Assembly: GCF_001194135.2 (NCBI RefSeq)
Contig: NC_068982.1
Span: forward strand, 3,714,989-3,778,988
Length of the DNA: 64,000 nucleotides
Direction of reading: 5' to 3'
Source: Octopus bimaculoides
Taxonomy: Eukaryota
The position numbers and the translations under genes are program-made. Below, piece by piece: positions 1 to 12,758 of this stretch; the first letter of the stretch is position 1; every line of letters starts with the position of its first letter. Under the pieces are notes generated by a model. The model was not told the origin of the DNA. It saw only the letters and a list, made by a program, of their open reading frames with translations, and made no database searches.

Positions 1-436
1 ATACATTTCTTTTTATGTGTATATGTAGCATATGCCTACATGTATAAATATATGTGTGTGTGTGTGCGTGTGTCTACTTGTGTGTTTATGTGTACGTGTA
101 TGTGTGTGTGGTGTGTGTAAAAACTTAGTCGAATTTCATCCAATGTAGTTGTTGAGCAGGAATGTTCAAGTGGCTGAACAAACAATATTAACCAGGATGT
201 TACTGGCCGTTTCAAGTGGCTTCATTGCCGGGATTCACGAAATGAACAAAAATCTTAGGCAAAGAAAAAGTACATACATACATANNNNNNNNNNNNNNNN
301 NNNNNNNNNNNNNNNNNNNNNNNNNNNNNNNNNNNNNNNNNNNNNNNNNNNNNNNNNNNNNNNNNNNNNNNNNNNNNNNNNNNNNNNNNNNNNNNNNNNN
401 NNNNNNNNNNNNNNNNNNNNNNNNNACTGCTTTCAT

Positions 437-499
<63 letters not shown>

Positions 500-1016
500 G
501 TTTGTGTATATATACACACACGTTTGTGCGTGTGTGTATATATCATTGTGTCTGTCTTTTACGAATTCTTTTCGTGTTTGTTGTTGTTGCTTTGTCTTCC
601 ACTGTGTTTGTTTTTGAGTTACACTTACAGCAAACAGGGAAGGTTTTATTGTTAGGGAAGCGGAGAATCAGTAGAGCGACCATCTAAATACATTGTACCC
701 TTTCGGTTGCATCGTTTATATTCTCAGCTCAAATCGCACCAAAGTGAGATTTGCCTTTCATCTTTAAGAAGCCTATAATATAATTATTAATCAAATACTG
801 GGATTTGTATAAATTCTGTTACGTGCTTCCTTCAAACTTGTAATACTGTGACTAGATCAGGAATGGTTGGCATGGTAACTGGCACCGATTTAAAACAACC
901 TAAATACTCTGTTTTTATTTATCTTATATCACAATTGGCGTCGTTGGGTTAAGGCTAGCCCTACCCTTGCCTTAACTCAATCAATGGTCACAGAATATTT
1001 GACTCGGGAGATAGAA

Positions 1017-1340
1017 GGCGCCTGGCTCAGGGGTTAGAGTATTCGACTCACGATCGTGAGGTCGTGAGTTCGATTACTAGCATCATGTTGTTTCCTTGAG
1101 CAAGATACTTTATTTTACGTTACTCCAATGCATTCAGCTGGCAAAAGTGAGTGGTACCTGTAATTCAATGGGGACCGGCCTTGTCACATTCTGTGTCATG
1201 CTGAATCTTCCTGAGAACTACATTAAGGTTACGTGTGTCTGTGGAGTACTCAGTCACTTGCACGTTAATTTCACGAGTAAGGTTGTTCCGTTGATCGGAT
1301 CAGCAGGAACAGCCGTCGTCGTAACCGACGGAGGACCAGT
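1017..1340 (+). mobile_element. tRNA-derived SINE family C
   Basis: ggcgcctggctcaggggttag head, gtgagttcgatt B box, ccttgagcaag block and cgtcgtaaccgacgga tail. Confidence 0.9.
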
Positions 1341-1499
1341 TTTAACTCGGTATAAAACAAAGAAGAACAGTAGCGAGCCTTATAATCCCTTGTTCATTTG
1401 GATCATTGAGAGTCACGGCGAAGACAAATATCTTACAGGTTGTACACAGTAATGCCGCCACTCGTGGATTCAACTGTCTCTCTTCGGTATCGCATAGGT

Positions 1500-1560
1500 G
1501 AGTGGTTCCCAAAGTGGACGGTACCTCCCCCTTGGGGGTGGTGGAAAGATCCAGAGGGGA
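1500..1560 (+). mobile_element. hAT-type MITE end fragment
   Basis: agtggttcccaaagtgg...ccccttgggggtgg; related ends occur at about 20172 and 53665. Confidence 0.4.
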
Positions 1561-3431
1561 GTTGAAGAAAAATGGGACAAACCATCGAACGACCTGGTAC
1601 ATACAGAAAACAAGCTATTATGCCCAGGGGTCTGCGATCACTGGGGTCTAGACATGAAAGCATTTTTTAACCTGTCCATTTTGTTTTGAGAGGGATCTCT
1701 GCTATGGTCGTTTTTTCTATTTGGTGATGTTCCTCTGTGGTCACTTCTAGGAGGTGGGATGGGTCAACATTTAATATTTGCTTCCATTCTATATTGCTTT
1801 TTGTTGTTTGTTTGTTTGTTTTTTTGTGGTGGGGATGGTTCATTTTTAATAGTGGTAGTCGTCGTTGCTGTTAAATTCTCAATGAAAATTAGTTCAGATA
1901 CAATTTTGGGTGGCAGAAGGCACATTTGGTGCTTTTTATACATCCATATTTAGAATCAGGCTCGTGTACTCTTTAGTTCCGACAATATTGGTAAATAACA
2001 TAAGGACAATCTTTACTGGTTGTGCCAAGTGGACAAGTCTATGACACATGAACGGGTGGGGAATATAAAAAATGGCAGTGGTGTCTGTTGTTGTTGTTGT
2101 TGTTGCCACTCAGCATACATGCGCATGCGTGCGACAGCTTCCCGCTTCGTTCCGTCTTCTAACTTCTACTCACAAGATATTGGTCAAACACTCGCCGCCA
2201 AAGGTGCCACGAAATTGGATCAGAACCAGAATAAAGCGAACTTTTTAATCCTTCATCGTATTTCATTGTCGTCATTTGGTCTGAGTTCATAACATTCCAC
2301 TGTCTATAAAATATATATTAGTCATACACTTATCCCTCTCTGTGGATCTGTGTCGATATTACATCACTTTATATTTAGAGATCGAATCTCGACAAGTTTA
2401 ACCTTTTGTTTACATACTTTCCGGGGGCTGATAAAATAAGAGATTTTATTTTAAATGAGGAAACACCAGCTTGGCATTCATTGATTTACTGGGACAAAAC
2501 ATTGACTGCCACCGCTTAAATAACGTTTATATATTTTAAAATATGACGTTAATTACTTGTTCCATTTTGGGTGTTCGGAAATACATTGATAACAAATATC
2601 TCTTTTATTCTTTTTTTGGGGTGGGGGGTGAAACTCTTGAAGTTTCCCGGTTTATAGTGGTTTTAGAACTTTATTTTCTTCACCATAGTAGTAAGATTTT
2701 CGACCAAATCAACTGTCCGGCTTTTGTATCAAGATTTCAACCTTAACGATTATCTTTTTGTATCATTCATATATTTTTTTTCTTTCCTTTATTTATCTGT
2801 TTCTTACTTAAGGATTAAATTTTGGTTCTATTCATCGGTTAGTTGGACAGTTGACACTTCCTACTTGAAATATCTTATAAACATTCCTGCAGAAAAAAAA
2901 ACCCTGTTTTCATAACCTACGAGGCCTAACTGCAGATAATAAACCAACGAAGGAAAAAAAGAATTAATAGAATTGTTGTTGCTCTTTTTGTTTGTTTGTT
3001 TTGGGGGGAGGTGTTTTTACTGGAGTTTTTTGTTTGGTTTATTGCATTTGTTTTTTTTTTTTGGGGGGGGGGGGTCGTTTGTTTTTTTATCAGCCAAGAA
3101 TGTGACAGAAGCGAATCGAGAGATCCTGTCTTCAGTGGCGTGACAGTGATAGAAATCATAATGAATAATTCTTCTATTCATACGGTTCGAAATCAATAAT
3201 ATATTCTGTGGTGTTTAAGCCGGCCAAGCAACTAATCCACTCACTTGAGAAGGATATCTGCAAGAGAAAAATATGACGAAGTTCCACAGGTGTAGAAAAG
3301 AAACGAGAGAAAATTCACCATTTTGGTCTGAGGTTTCAAAAATAAGAATCAGAGAGTGGAATGTGTGTCTATTGAATCAGTTGAGAAGATAAAGCATTTT
3401 CGAGTTTAAGCAATAAGCACAGATATATTGG

Positions 3432-3634
3432 TTGGCACAAGGCCAGCAATTTCAGGGGAGGGGTGAATCTATTACATCAACCTCAGTGATCAACTGGTAC
3501 TTATTTTATCAGCCCCCGAAAGGATGAAAGGCAAAGTCGACCTCGGTGGAATTTGAACTCAGAACGTAGCAGTAGACGAAATGCCGCTTAGTATTTCGCC
3601 CGGCGTGCTAACGCTTCTGCCAGCTCACCGCCTT
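3432..3634 (-). mobile_element. tRNA-derived SINE family A
   Basis: Minus strand ggcggtgagctggcagaagcg head, gagttcaaattcc B box, and cctttcatcctttcggg central block (Meta/MESC-like from memory). Confidence 0.9.
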
Positions 3635-3883
3635 GTTGGAACAGATATATTAGCAACAGAAAATCAAGTATGATTGGAATTCGATCCTGGAAAACCAGGT
3701 GTACATATATGACCAACACAACAGATTTACATCAACCACAACACTCATAAGAAAAAGAGTGTCCTAACCACTATAGCCAAATCTTAAGTGAATGATGTCA
3801 ACATTCTTGAAACGCTCCGTCCCCTTACATCCCTACGACCACTTCCTCACAGCCCTGTGGTCAATGTCACAACAAGCACAATC

Positions 3884-4101
3884 TTTTCTACTCTAGGCAC
3901 AAGATCTGAAATTTTCTGGTGGGGGAGGGGGCCAGTCGATTAGATCGATCCCAGTACGCAACTGGCACTTAATTTATCGACCGTGAAAGAATGAAAGACA
4001 AAGTCGACCTGGGCGGCATTTGAACTTAGAACGTAGCGGCAGACGAAATACCGCGAAGCATTTCGTCCGGCGTGCTAACGTTTCTGCCAGCTCGCCACCT
4101 T
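3884..4101 (-). mobile_element. SINE family A
   Basis: Full-length homology to other family A copies. Confidence 0.9.
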
Positions 4102-5134
4102 AACAAACAAATAATACCACAGCTAGCAACACATTTCCAGAATAGTACTGAGCAATNNNNNNNNNNNNNNNNNNNNNNNNNNNNNNNNNNNNNNNNNNNN
4201 NNNNNNNNNNNNNNNNNNNNNNNNNNNNNNNNNNNNNNNNNNNNNNNNNNNNNNNNNNNNNNNNNNNNNNNNNNNNNNNNNNNNNNNNNNNNNNNNNNNN
4301 NNNNNNNNNNNNNNNNNNNNNNNNNNNNNNNNNNNNNNNNNNNNNNNNNNNNNNNNNNNNNNNNNNNNNNNNNNNNNNNNNNNNNNNNNNNNNNNNNNNN
4401 NNNNNNNNNNNNNNNNNNNNNNNNNNNNNNNNNNNNNNNNNNNNNNNNNNNNNNNNNNNNNNNNNNNNNNNNNNNNNNNNNNNNNNNNNNNNNNNNNNNN
4501 NNNNNNNNNNNNNNNNNNNNNNNNNNNNNNNNNNNNNNNNNNNNNNNNNNNNNNNNNNNNNNNNNNNNNNNNNNNNNNNNNNNNNNNNNNNNNNNNNNNN
4601 NNNNNNNNNNNNNNNNNNNNNNNNNNNNNNNNNNNNNNNNNNNNNNNNNNNNNNNNNNNNNNNNNNNNNNNNNNNNNNNNNNNNNGACCATCTCCAGATC
4701 AGCTCTGTAACTATATAAAATATAATCTATATTTTTCTATTGTATTTTATTTATTTAATACTAACTGACATTAAGAAATACCAGAAAATTATCTGTAAAC
4801 TAGGATCAGAAAAGAAAAATGCAAATTTTCAACTCTCATTCATTTTTTAAACAGTTATGAGGAAAAAATGTAAATACAAAAACTTTAACGAAATCGATTT
4901 TGTTTTTTTGTTTTTTTTACAAATCAATGCCGGTGGATAGTTTTTGAAAAAGAAAAACAAAGACATTCAAATATCATTATTTGTGTTAAACGAAACAACT
5001 TTTATTCCATTGTATCACAAACAAAACATAGAATCTCGATCAAAGATAGAATTTGATCAAAGATACAAAGTAATGCTTATTGTTGCTGACTCGTAACTTT
5101 ATTTGTTCGTCAAATAGTTTTCTTTCATATTTTT

Positions 5135-5245
5135 TTAATTGCAAAATCTTTTGATCAAATCCTCAAAAGTAATCTGCTGTAACAAATCTGCTTCTATACT
5201 TAACAAAGACAAAATGACTGGTTTGTCTTGTCGCATAGTTGTTCA
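5135..5245 (-). mobile_element. hAT transposase C-terminal (dimerisation domain) remnant
   Basis: Translation TTMRQDKPVILSLLSIEADLLQQITFEDLIKRF. Confidence 0.55.
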
Positions 5246-5509
5246 GTTAAAACATTGGTACTTTTCGGTTATCTCACCCCCATTAAAAAGTTGCCTATAA
5301 AAACTGGGATTATCTCCCCACTAAAAACTTGGGTTATCTCCCATATATAAAAACCATCACTTTTTTCAAGTGAGCTTTATATATGCCTTATCTTATCGTT
5401 AACATCCACTGGGGTGCTCCGATAGTAACACTCGATAACCATCACATTTACTTGTTTACTACACTTACGTCTTGTAGTATGGCTATCAGTTTGCTGGGTT
5501 ACGACCGGG

Positions 5510-5581
5510 CCCACCCTGCTGCACAGTGGGGCACCTGCCAGGTGTCCCACCCTGCTGCACAGTGGGGCACCTGCCAGGTGT
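5510..5581. repeat. Perfect 36-bp tandem duplication
   Basis: cccaccctgctgcacagtggggcacctgccaggtgt x2. Confidence 0.95.
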
Positions 5582-5699
5582 GATACCTTCACCATTGGTT
5601 CTGCTCCCGTTCACACCGTTATCTTCATTTATTTTGCTTGGTATTTTCACTCACAAATGAGGTTTGTTTTTAGGTTACTACAAATCGGTATTTTTATTG

Positions 5700-6350
5700 A
5701 GACACCATCTCTATCGAGGTGGTCCACCAAGGCGACAGGGTCATCACTCCCTTGGTTTTGGACTCCGTGTTCCTTCTTTTAGGTTGCTTGCCACCCAAAG
5801 CTAACGAGTACAGCCTACCCGGAGCACTGGTTATTTGAAGGCGTCAGATACTCACCTTTTCTCACACTTCTCCTGTTGGTTTGGCGAAGGGGTCAACCAA
5901 GACTGCAATGCTCTTACTACCCTAAGTTGGGCCTGTGTCCCTTCGCATTTCCATGATCCTGATTCTCACTAGGAGATAGGAGTGCGTCAGTTGGTCCCAT
6001 ATCTTCATTCAAATATTGCTCCGGAGTTAAGTCCCGATCCGCAGTTCATTCCCCTTCATCCCAGGGATGGAGCCATTGGACACTGACAGGTTGTCACCAC
6101 TATGACACAGGAGTCCTATCTACCCCAGTTTTTAAATCAGTGTTCCTTCTCCTAGACAGACTGCCAACCAAGGCTCACAAGTTCTGTCTGCCCGTTTTCG
6201 GAATGGCCATTGACTTTTTAAGTTCCTCTGCCCTTTGCCTGGTTTTGTTTTTAATCCCGCAGGATGTCGAAAATCCACCCTCCTCACCAAGCAAGCTTAG
6301 TAGGATTGCCGGTTTAGTCGCCGACGATTCGACGGTTTCACAACGCCACT
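5700..6350 (-). mobile_element. Possible RTE-like LINE 5' UTR remnant
   Basis: Two related motifs: gagccttggttggcagtctgtctaggagaagga (about 6143-6177, minus) and gctttgggtggcaagcaacctaaaagaagga (about 5771-5805, minus). They resemble RTE 5' UTR motifs from memory. Confidence 0.35.
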
Positions 6351-6946
6351 TGTTAATCATTCTGGGAAATACTTGTTCAGTATTACAATTTCTCTATTAC
6401 TACTGTAATCGCTATCTTTATTTTTTCCTAGTTCACTACTATAGTTTCACAATTTTTACTGCAATTAAATTATTACTATAAGGCCGAGGGCTCCTAATAT
6501 TGTCTCCACTGATTTCTTTAGACAACAAATGATGGCAGACTTACGATTGTTGGTTTAGCTACTGCTAATGCTGCAGCATTAAATAAAGGAGCGGGCTTGT
6601 GTCTACTAATACAGGCTGTTTGATTGGAGTGCTGGTTGATATGGCTGGCAGTCGATTAAGGGAGAGTGGGAGGGGAATTTTGAGAGTAGCGTCGGAAGTT
6701 GGGACTACCATAGCTAAAATATTGAAGTTTATAAACAACATTTCATAGTTTTAAGAAGCTATAGTATTCTATCTGTAAACACCCTATCGTATTTACGATG
6801 AAGGAATTTATCTATGGCAAATCACATCGTACTTAAAATATAAAAATCCATAAACATTTCAAAGTTTTAGCTAACATAGATAGTACTAGAAAAGGCTTAC
6901 ACATTTTTTGTTGGGGGCTGTTAAATGACCATGTCATCGCGTGAAA

Positions 6947-7140
6947 AGCGGTGAGCTGGCAGAATTGTTAACATGCTGGACGAACTGCTTAGCGGTATTT
7001 CGCCCGGCATTACGTTCTGAGTTCAAATTCCGCCGAGGTCGATTTTGCCTTTCATCCTTTCGTACCAGTTGAACACTGGGGTCGATGTAATTGACTCATC
7101 CCCACTTCTCTCAAGCTGCCCTTATGGCAAAAATTTGAAA
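6947..7140 (+). mobile_element. SINE family A
   Basis: gcggtgagctggcagaattgtt...gagttcaaattccgccgaggtcga. Confidence 0.9.
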
Positions 7141-7363
7141 TAATAATTATTATTTTTATTATTTTTCTTTTTGTGGTCATCGTCATGTCGGCTCCTGAAG
7201 GTTTGTTAATTTTTGTTGAAAACAATTTGTTTACTATTGTGAATTGAATTTTTGTTAAAACTTTGAATGATGGCCTCTACTTTAATATATGAGAATGAGA
7301 ACTGCCAAACCGTGCCCTAAAGGACATGAGTTTTGTATAATTTCATTTTTCAGTTGGAAATAA

Positions 7364-8330
7364 TGGCGTCAGTAACGTCTACAATCAGATTCAACGACAA
7401 AGTAGCAGGAAGAATGACTCATGGCATTACCAACTTCATTCGAGAACAATAACGGCAGTGGTAACGATAACGGTAGCAGTAGTAGGGACAACAAGAAGAC
7501 CAACACAAGGAGCAACAACAACAACAATAGCAGGAGTAGAAATAATGACAGCTCGAACAAAGAACTTCGCGAAGAGTCTATCACTACTACCGCCACCACT
7601 ACAGAAACAGACTGTAGTGGTAAGGATCATCTCGAGAATAAGCGATTCCGACAACAACGACGAGGAAGGCAACTGCAGCAGCAGAAACAAGAGCAACAAC
7701 GAAGGCAACATCGGCAGGACACAAACTGTTAGCAACAACAGTAAAGCTTCCTTCGTTGGAGTAGTTTCCACAAAGGGGTTATACAGTATATTCCTCGAAG
7801 ATAAAGCGATGAAATTACAGCACACCACTCGATTTAGGAAAATCTGGAGGAAAGAGGCAGAACTTACGGCTTCTCCAAAAACTTTAGCTGAAACTGCTAG
7901 AAAGACTGTTAATTATCGCTGCGTGAATTTAAGAAGTTGTCGTCTGGAGACGGCCACCAACTCTCAAGTAGAAAGGGCTATTCAATGGTTGGCAGGTTAT
8001 GGAACATATATCTAGGGCAAAGAAGTTCAGCGAGGTCCTATATAATAGTCAGGCAGTCGCAATGCAACATTCCACAAGGACTTCGTAATCTTCCCCACAT
8101 CTCTGAGAAGAAGGACGGTAAAGGTAACAATACCGGGGAAGGAACCACCCGAGTTAGCTCCCTGGTGAATATTGGCAAGCATCGTGATGCAGGAGAGTGA
8201 AACTTTGCTGAACGAGAAGAAAACGAAGCGGGAGAACTGGTTTGGAACCACACTGGAGCTCTTTCTCTATGTAGTGGCAAAGCATCAAGAAAGAATCCTG
8301 AACGTTATCGCGCTTCTGAATGGGACGTAA
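7364..8330 (+). mobile_element. Probable decayed ORF1 (gag-like) of a non-LTR retrotransposon, L1/Tx1-like
   Basis: ATG at 7364 (MASVTSTIRFNDKVAGR...), a low-complexity N/S/T/Q region, then frameshifted segments FRKIWRKE...VERAIQWLAGYGTYI and FVIFPTSLRRRTVKVTIPG that I recall as resembling L1/Tx1 ORF1. Unverified. Confidence 0.4.
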
Positions 8331-8415
8331 CTCAGTAGCGATTGGGGTGGAGAAAATAACAAACAATGGCCATAACGAAATAATAACCAGCCAGGAGATA
8401 TCCCAACCTCTAGCA

Positions 8416-8446
<31 letters not shown>

Positions 8447-8985
8447 TCCCCTTTTCTTCTTCTTCTTCTTCTTCTGTCCCTATTCCTCCCCTTCCTACAT
8501 GCATAAACACGGACATATACGATAAAACCTGCTTTTCTCCTGTCTGTGTAGGAGACTTCCAACCACATGTCCGATTGAGGAGGAGGGGATTACCAAGAAG
8601 AGCAGAAAAAAACACGCAATTCTCCCACCATGTTTTTTGTTTTTTTTTTCATTATTTATCATCATCATCACCATCATCATCATTGTTCACTGCTGTAACT
8701 GAACGCGTTTTGGAAGTTAACCGAGTTTCTGTTTTGTTTTCCTTTCCAAGGCAAATGGACAATAACTTTAGTTAAGCGCCTCACGAGTAAACGTTTCAAA
8801 GAAAGAATGCTTCAAATGAATATAAAATTTTCAAAATGGCTTCCACACTTTCGTCGTTGCCAGCCAGCCAGCCAGCCATCCTGCCAACAAGAGAGAAAGG
8901 TGAGAGATAGGTTTGAAGGTGAAACCCTTGCTTGCCCTCAACACTTTTCCTCACGCAATAACAGAAACGTTAGAGCGTCAACAAT

Positions 8986-9080
8986 TTGCAGTATTTATGC
9001 TGGTTCTTAAACGTTCTGAGTTCAAATCCTACTGCGGTCAACTTTGCTTTCATCCTTCAGGGGCAGATAAGATAAAATAT
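8986..9080 (+). mobile_element. SINE family A fragment
   Basis: cgttctgagttcaaatcc...ctttcatccttcaggggcagataa. Confidence 0.7.
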
Positions 9081-9152
9081 TTGCCAAGGACTCTGTCCTG
9101 TCCCTCTAAATGTCTGACCTTCTGCCTATGATAGAAATTGTTGTTGTATGTC

Positions 9153-9650
9153 TTTTATCTTTTATTGTTTTCCTTGTTTCAGTCTTTAGACTTTGGCCAT
9201 GCTGGGGCACCGCCCTGAAGAATTTTTAGTCGGACGAATCGACCCCAATACTGGTTTTAAACTTGATACTTATGCTATTGCTCTCTTTTAACGGGGTCGT
9301 AAACACACCAACACCGGTTGTCAAGCGATGGTGGGGACAAACATACATAGAGAAAGAGAGAGAGAGAAGGGAGGGAGAGAGAGAAGGGAGGGAGAGAGAG
9401 AAGGGAGGGAGAGAGAGAAGGGAGGGAGAGAGAGAAGGGAGGGAGAGAGAGAAGGGAGGGAGAGAGAGATGTATAGATAGACAGACAGACAGATATACAA
9501 CGGGCTGCTTTCAGTTTCCGTCTACCATATCCACTGACAAGGCTTTGGTCGGACCGAGACTATTGTAGATGACACCTGTCTAAGATGCCACGCAGTGGGA
9601 CTGAACTCGGAACTATGTGGCTGGAAAGCAAACTTCTTACCACATGCGCC
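9153..9650 (-). mobile_element. tRNA-derived SINE family B (CORE-like) with internal minisatellite
   Basis: Reverse complement of the gtggtaagaag...gttcagtcccactgcgtggca head and the ccagcatggcc tail. Confidence 0.85.
9355..9468. repeat. 17-bp GA-rich minisatellite (gggagggagagagagaa)n, about 6 copies, inside a family B SINE
   Basis: Direct reading of the sequence. Confidence 0.9.
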
Positions 9651-10510
9651 TTTATATACGTTTTGTGTCTTTTGCCTTGTTTTTGTTGCTTTTTTTTTTT
9701 CATTCATGTGGGGGTCTTGTTTCTATTCCGCCGTTTCCACCATGGTAAAACTCGGCACCGAAAAGAAAGGATTTTGATTCCGCATGTCCTTTGGTTCTCT
9801 AAACAAGTGCATCTTTTCTTTAATTCTTAATACAGCTCTGTGTGTGTGTGTGTTTTACTCGTGTGTGTGTGTGTGTTTTACTCGTGTACCGAAATTCATT
9901 CCTTTACATCAAAATAGTAACATAGTCATTAGATAATTAGAGAACGATAAAGTATGTAGCAGAATGCACACGATTCCCAAGCATGGTAACAATGCAATTA
10001 TGAAAACCTGTGAAAGGAAAACAAAAGAAATTCATACTCTGACATGATAGTCATGGCTGGAACGCTTTTGATGGTAGTTCTTGTCAATTAAGGCTGACAT
10101 GAGGCTGAGCAACAATAACAGAGATTCGAACCGTGTAATTATCGCTTCTTGGTATAACCATCTATGCTATACAAATGATATCTATCTACGCACTATGGTT
10201 ATATTAAACTTGAGATATTTCCCACTTACGTAACTATTTTAAAACAGCCTTTCCGTTTATCACATTTAAAAGTTTTGAAAGCCAAGAAAATTAGTTCAGT
10301 CTCAGCAGGTAGACTTTCGCCAGCCATCTGCCTAAGTGTCGGTTAATGTAAAGCTGGCCTCGAGGCGATTAGAAAACGGAGACAAAAACGGAAAGCTAAA
10401 ACACTACACTTAAACATTAACCCACGTTTTAGATGTATTCAAATACACAATTCCTACTTCATGATTATTTGCAGTATATTGCACACACTCATATATGCAC
10501 ATTTACACGT

Positions 10511-10552
<42 letters not shown>

Positions 10553-10959
10553 GGCCAACGATTTGAAGTTTTAGCTTAATCGAAATATATGATGTGCCGA
10601 CCAATGGAAATGTGTTTAGATTAATTCAGATTAATTCTTTCTCGGCTGAAGACCTGCTTTTATCCGACAGCTATTACGTTCTACCATTAATTCTACGGAA
10701 CGAATCACTGATTGTTGGTCTATCACATAAAATTATTTCGTTCCAACATAACTGAATGACAGAAGGGCTCTATCGTAATTATATTACGTTTGCACGCGCA
10801 TACACACATACACACACACATATCTACAACCGTGTGAATTATATTTCCAGCTCTGTTGACTGGGCTGTTTAGACTTAAGTGTCTTGGACACAGACACAAC
10901 AGAATGCAAGTAATCGAATATAAACCAACATTCAGCGCCTTCTTGGTTCGTCCAACTAT

Positions 10960-11003
10960 GACACACGCATGCACACACACACACACACAAGCACACACAA
11001 ATG

Positions 11004-11054
<51 letters not shown>

Positions 11055-11142
11055 ATTCATTCATTCATTCATTCACTCATTCATTCACTCATATAGATAG
11101 AGAAGCAAGCAGATTGACAAACAGAGAGAGAGAGAGAGAGAG
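10960..11142. repeat. Compound (CA)n/(CATT)n/(GA)n microsatellite
   Basis: Direct reading of the sequence. Confidence 0.95.
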
Positions 11143-11436
11143 ATAATGCTGCAATGATCAGCATTAAGGAGCGAGAGAGAAAAGCGAGGATTCAAGGTGT
11201 GGTAGAATGACGTTGTTAATGGCCATTTCCTTTACCTTTGACATATTGGAAGTGTAAAAGGGTGATAGTTGGTCAGGTGAGTGAATTGCCTTTCTGGAGA
11301 ATGAAACATAGAACAGCATATTTCCAAAGAACAGGGTCTCTCACAAGAAACAGAAAGAGCGGAGGAAGAGAGACATTGGAGAGAGAGAGTTTGGTGAATA
11401 CGGTTCTCTAACACTAGCATTCCTGAAGCGATACTC

Positions 11437-11650
11437 TCTTCTACTCTTGGCAAAAGGTTCGAAATTTTGGGGGAGGAGGCCAGTCGATTAGATCGGAGCC
11501 CAGTATGCAACTGGTACTTAATTTATTGACCCCGAAAGAATGAAAGGCAAAGTCGACCTCGGCGGAATTTGAACTCAGAACGTAAAGACAGACGAAATAC
11601 CGCTAAGCATTTCGCCCGGTGTGCTAACGTTTCTGCCAGCTCGCCGCCTT
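11437..11650 (-). mobile_element. SINE family A
   Basis: Full length, with CpGs largely retained. Confidence 0.9.
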
Positions 11651-12371
11651 GTTTCAGAAGCGATATTAACGGAACCGGTGGCCCCTGGGTGGTTTAAAGC
11701 GACTGGAACTAATTTTACCCCTAGTGTGTCTGTATGCAAGGGGGGGGGGGTGAACCTGGCGGTGTAAAAGGGATTCGATATGAATTCTCTTCGACTTCAC
11801 CAAATGTGTGCAGCAGTGAGTCGGCTGAAAAGCCAACAGCAAAGGCGGAGACTTTCTCAGCAGGAGTACTGCTCGCAAAATCATTGTGTTTGAGAAGCAA
11901 AGGAAAGGATTCTGCAAAGCTGGGAATCTTTGGTCAAGGGGTCAGAAAGATAGACTGCAGTTTAAGTCGAGAGAACTTTAGAGCTGTGCTATGTATGAAT
12001 GTATTCTTTGCGGTTTGACAGGTAGGCGGTTTAGTAGAGTAAACAAAGGCAGGTTGTGGGGCAGGTAAGTTTTTTTTTTCTCCCCATCCCCTCGTATTGT
12101 ACACTTTGTATTTTTTGGCCTGACTGTATTACCGCATTACTTGGATGAGTTGAGGCAACGCGGTTTTGTTTCTGAGTTCAAATCTAACGCCCTGCTACCA
12201 CCACCACGGTGTCATCTCTGACTTCTTCAGTCCGAGACGGATAGAATGACCATAAAATACAGCTGAAGTCAATTCTACCTTATTCATTGCAAGAATCGGC
12301 GGTATTTATAGAAAAAAAAAACAAGAATTTCAAATGTCCATCAAGACCACTTTGGCAATATAGTTATGCAG

Positions 12372-12758
12372 GTGCAGGAGCGGCTGTGTGGTAAGTAGCT
12401 TGCCTACCAACCACATGTTTCCAGGTTCAGTCCTACTCCGTGGCACCTTGGACAAGTGTCTTCTACTAAAGCCTAGGGCCAACCAAAGCCTTGTGAGTGG
12501 ATTTGGTAGACGGAAACTGAAAGAAGCCCGTCGTATATATGTACATATATATGTGTGTGTGTTTGTGTATCTGTGTCCCCCCAACATCGCTTGACAACCG
12601 ATGCTTGTATGTTTACGTCCCCGTAACTTAGCGATTCGGCAAAAGGGATCCGATAGAATAAGTACTAGGCTTACAAAGAATAAGTCCTGGGGTCGATTTG
12701 CTCGACTAAAAGGCGGTGCTCCAGCATGGCCGCAGTCAAATGACTGAAACAAGTAGAG
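12372..12758 (+). mobile_element. SINE family B
   Basis: ggctgtgtggtaagtagc...accttggacaagtgtcttctac (CORE-like)...ctccagcatggccgcagtcaaatgactgaaacaag. Confidence 0.9.
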
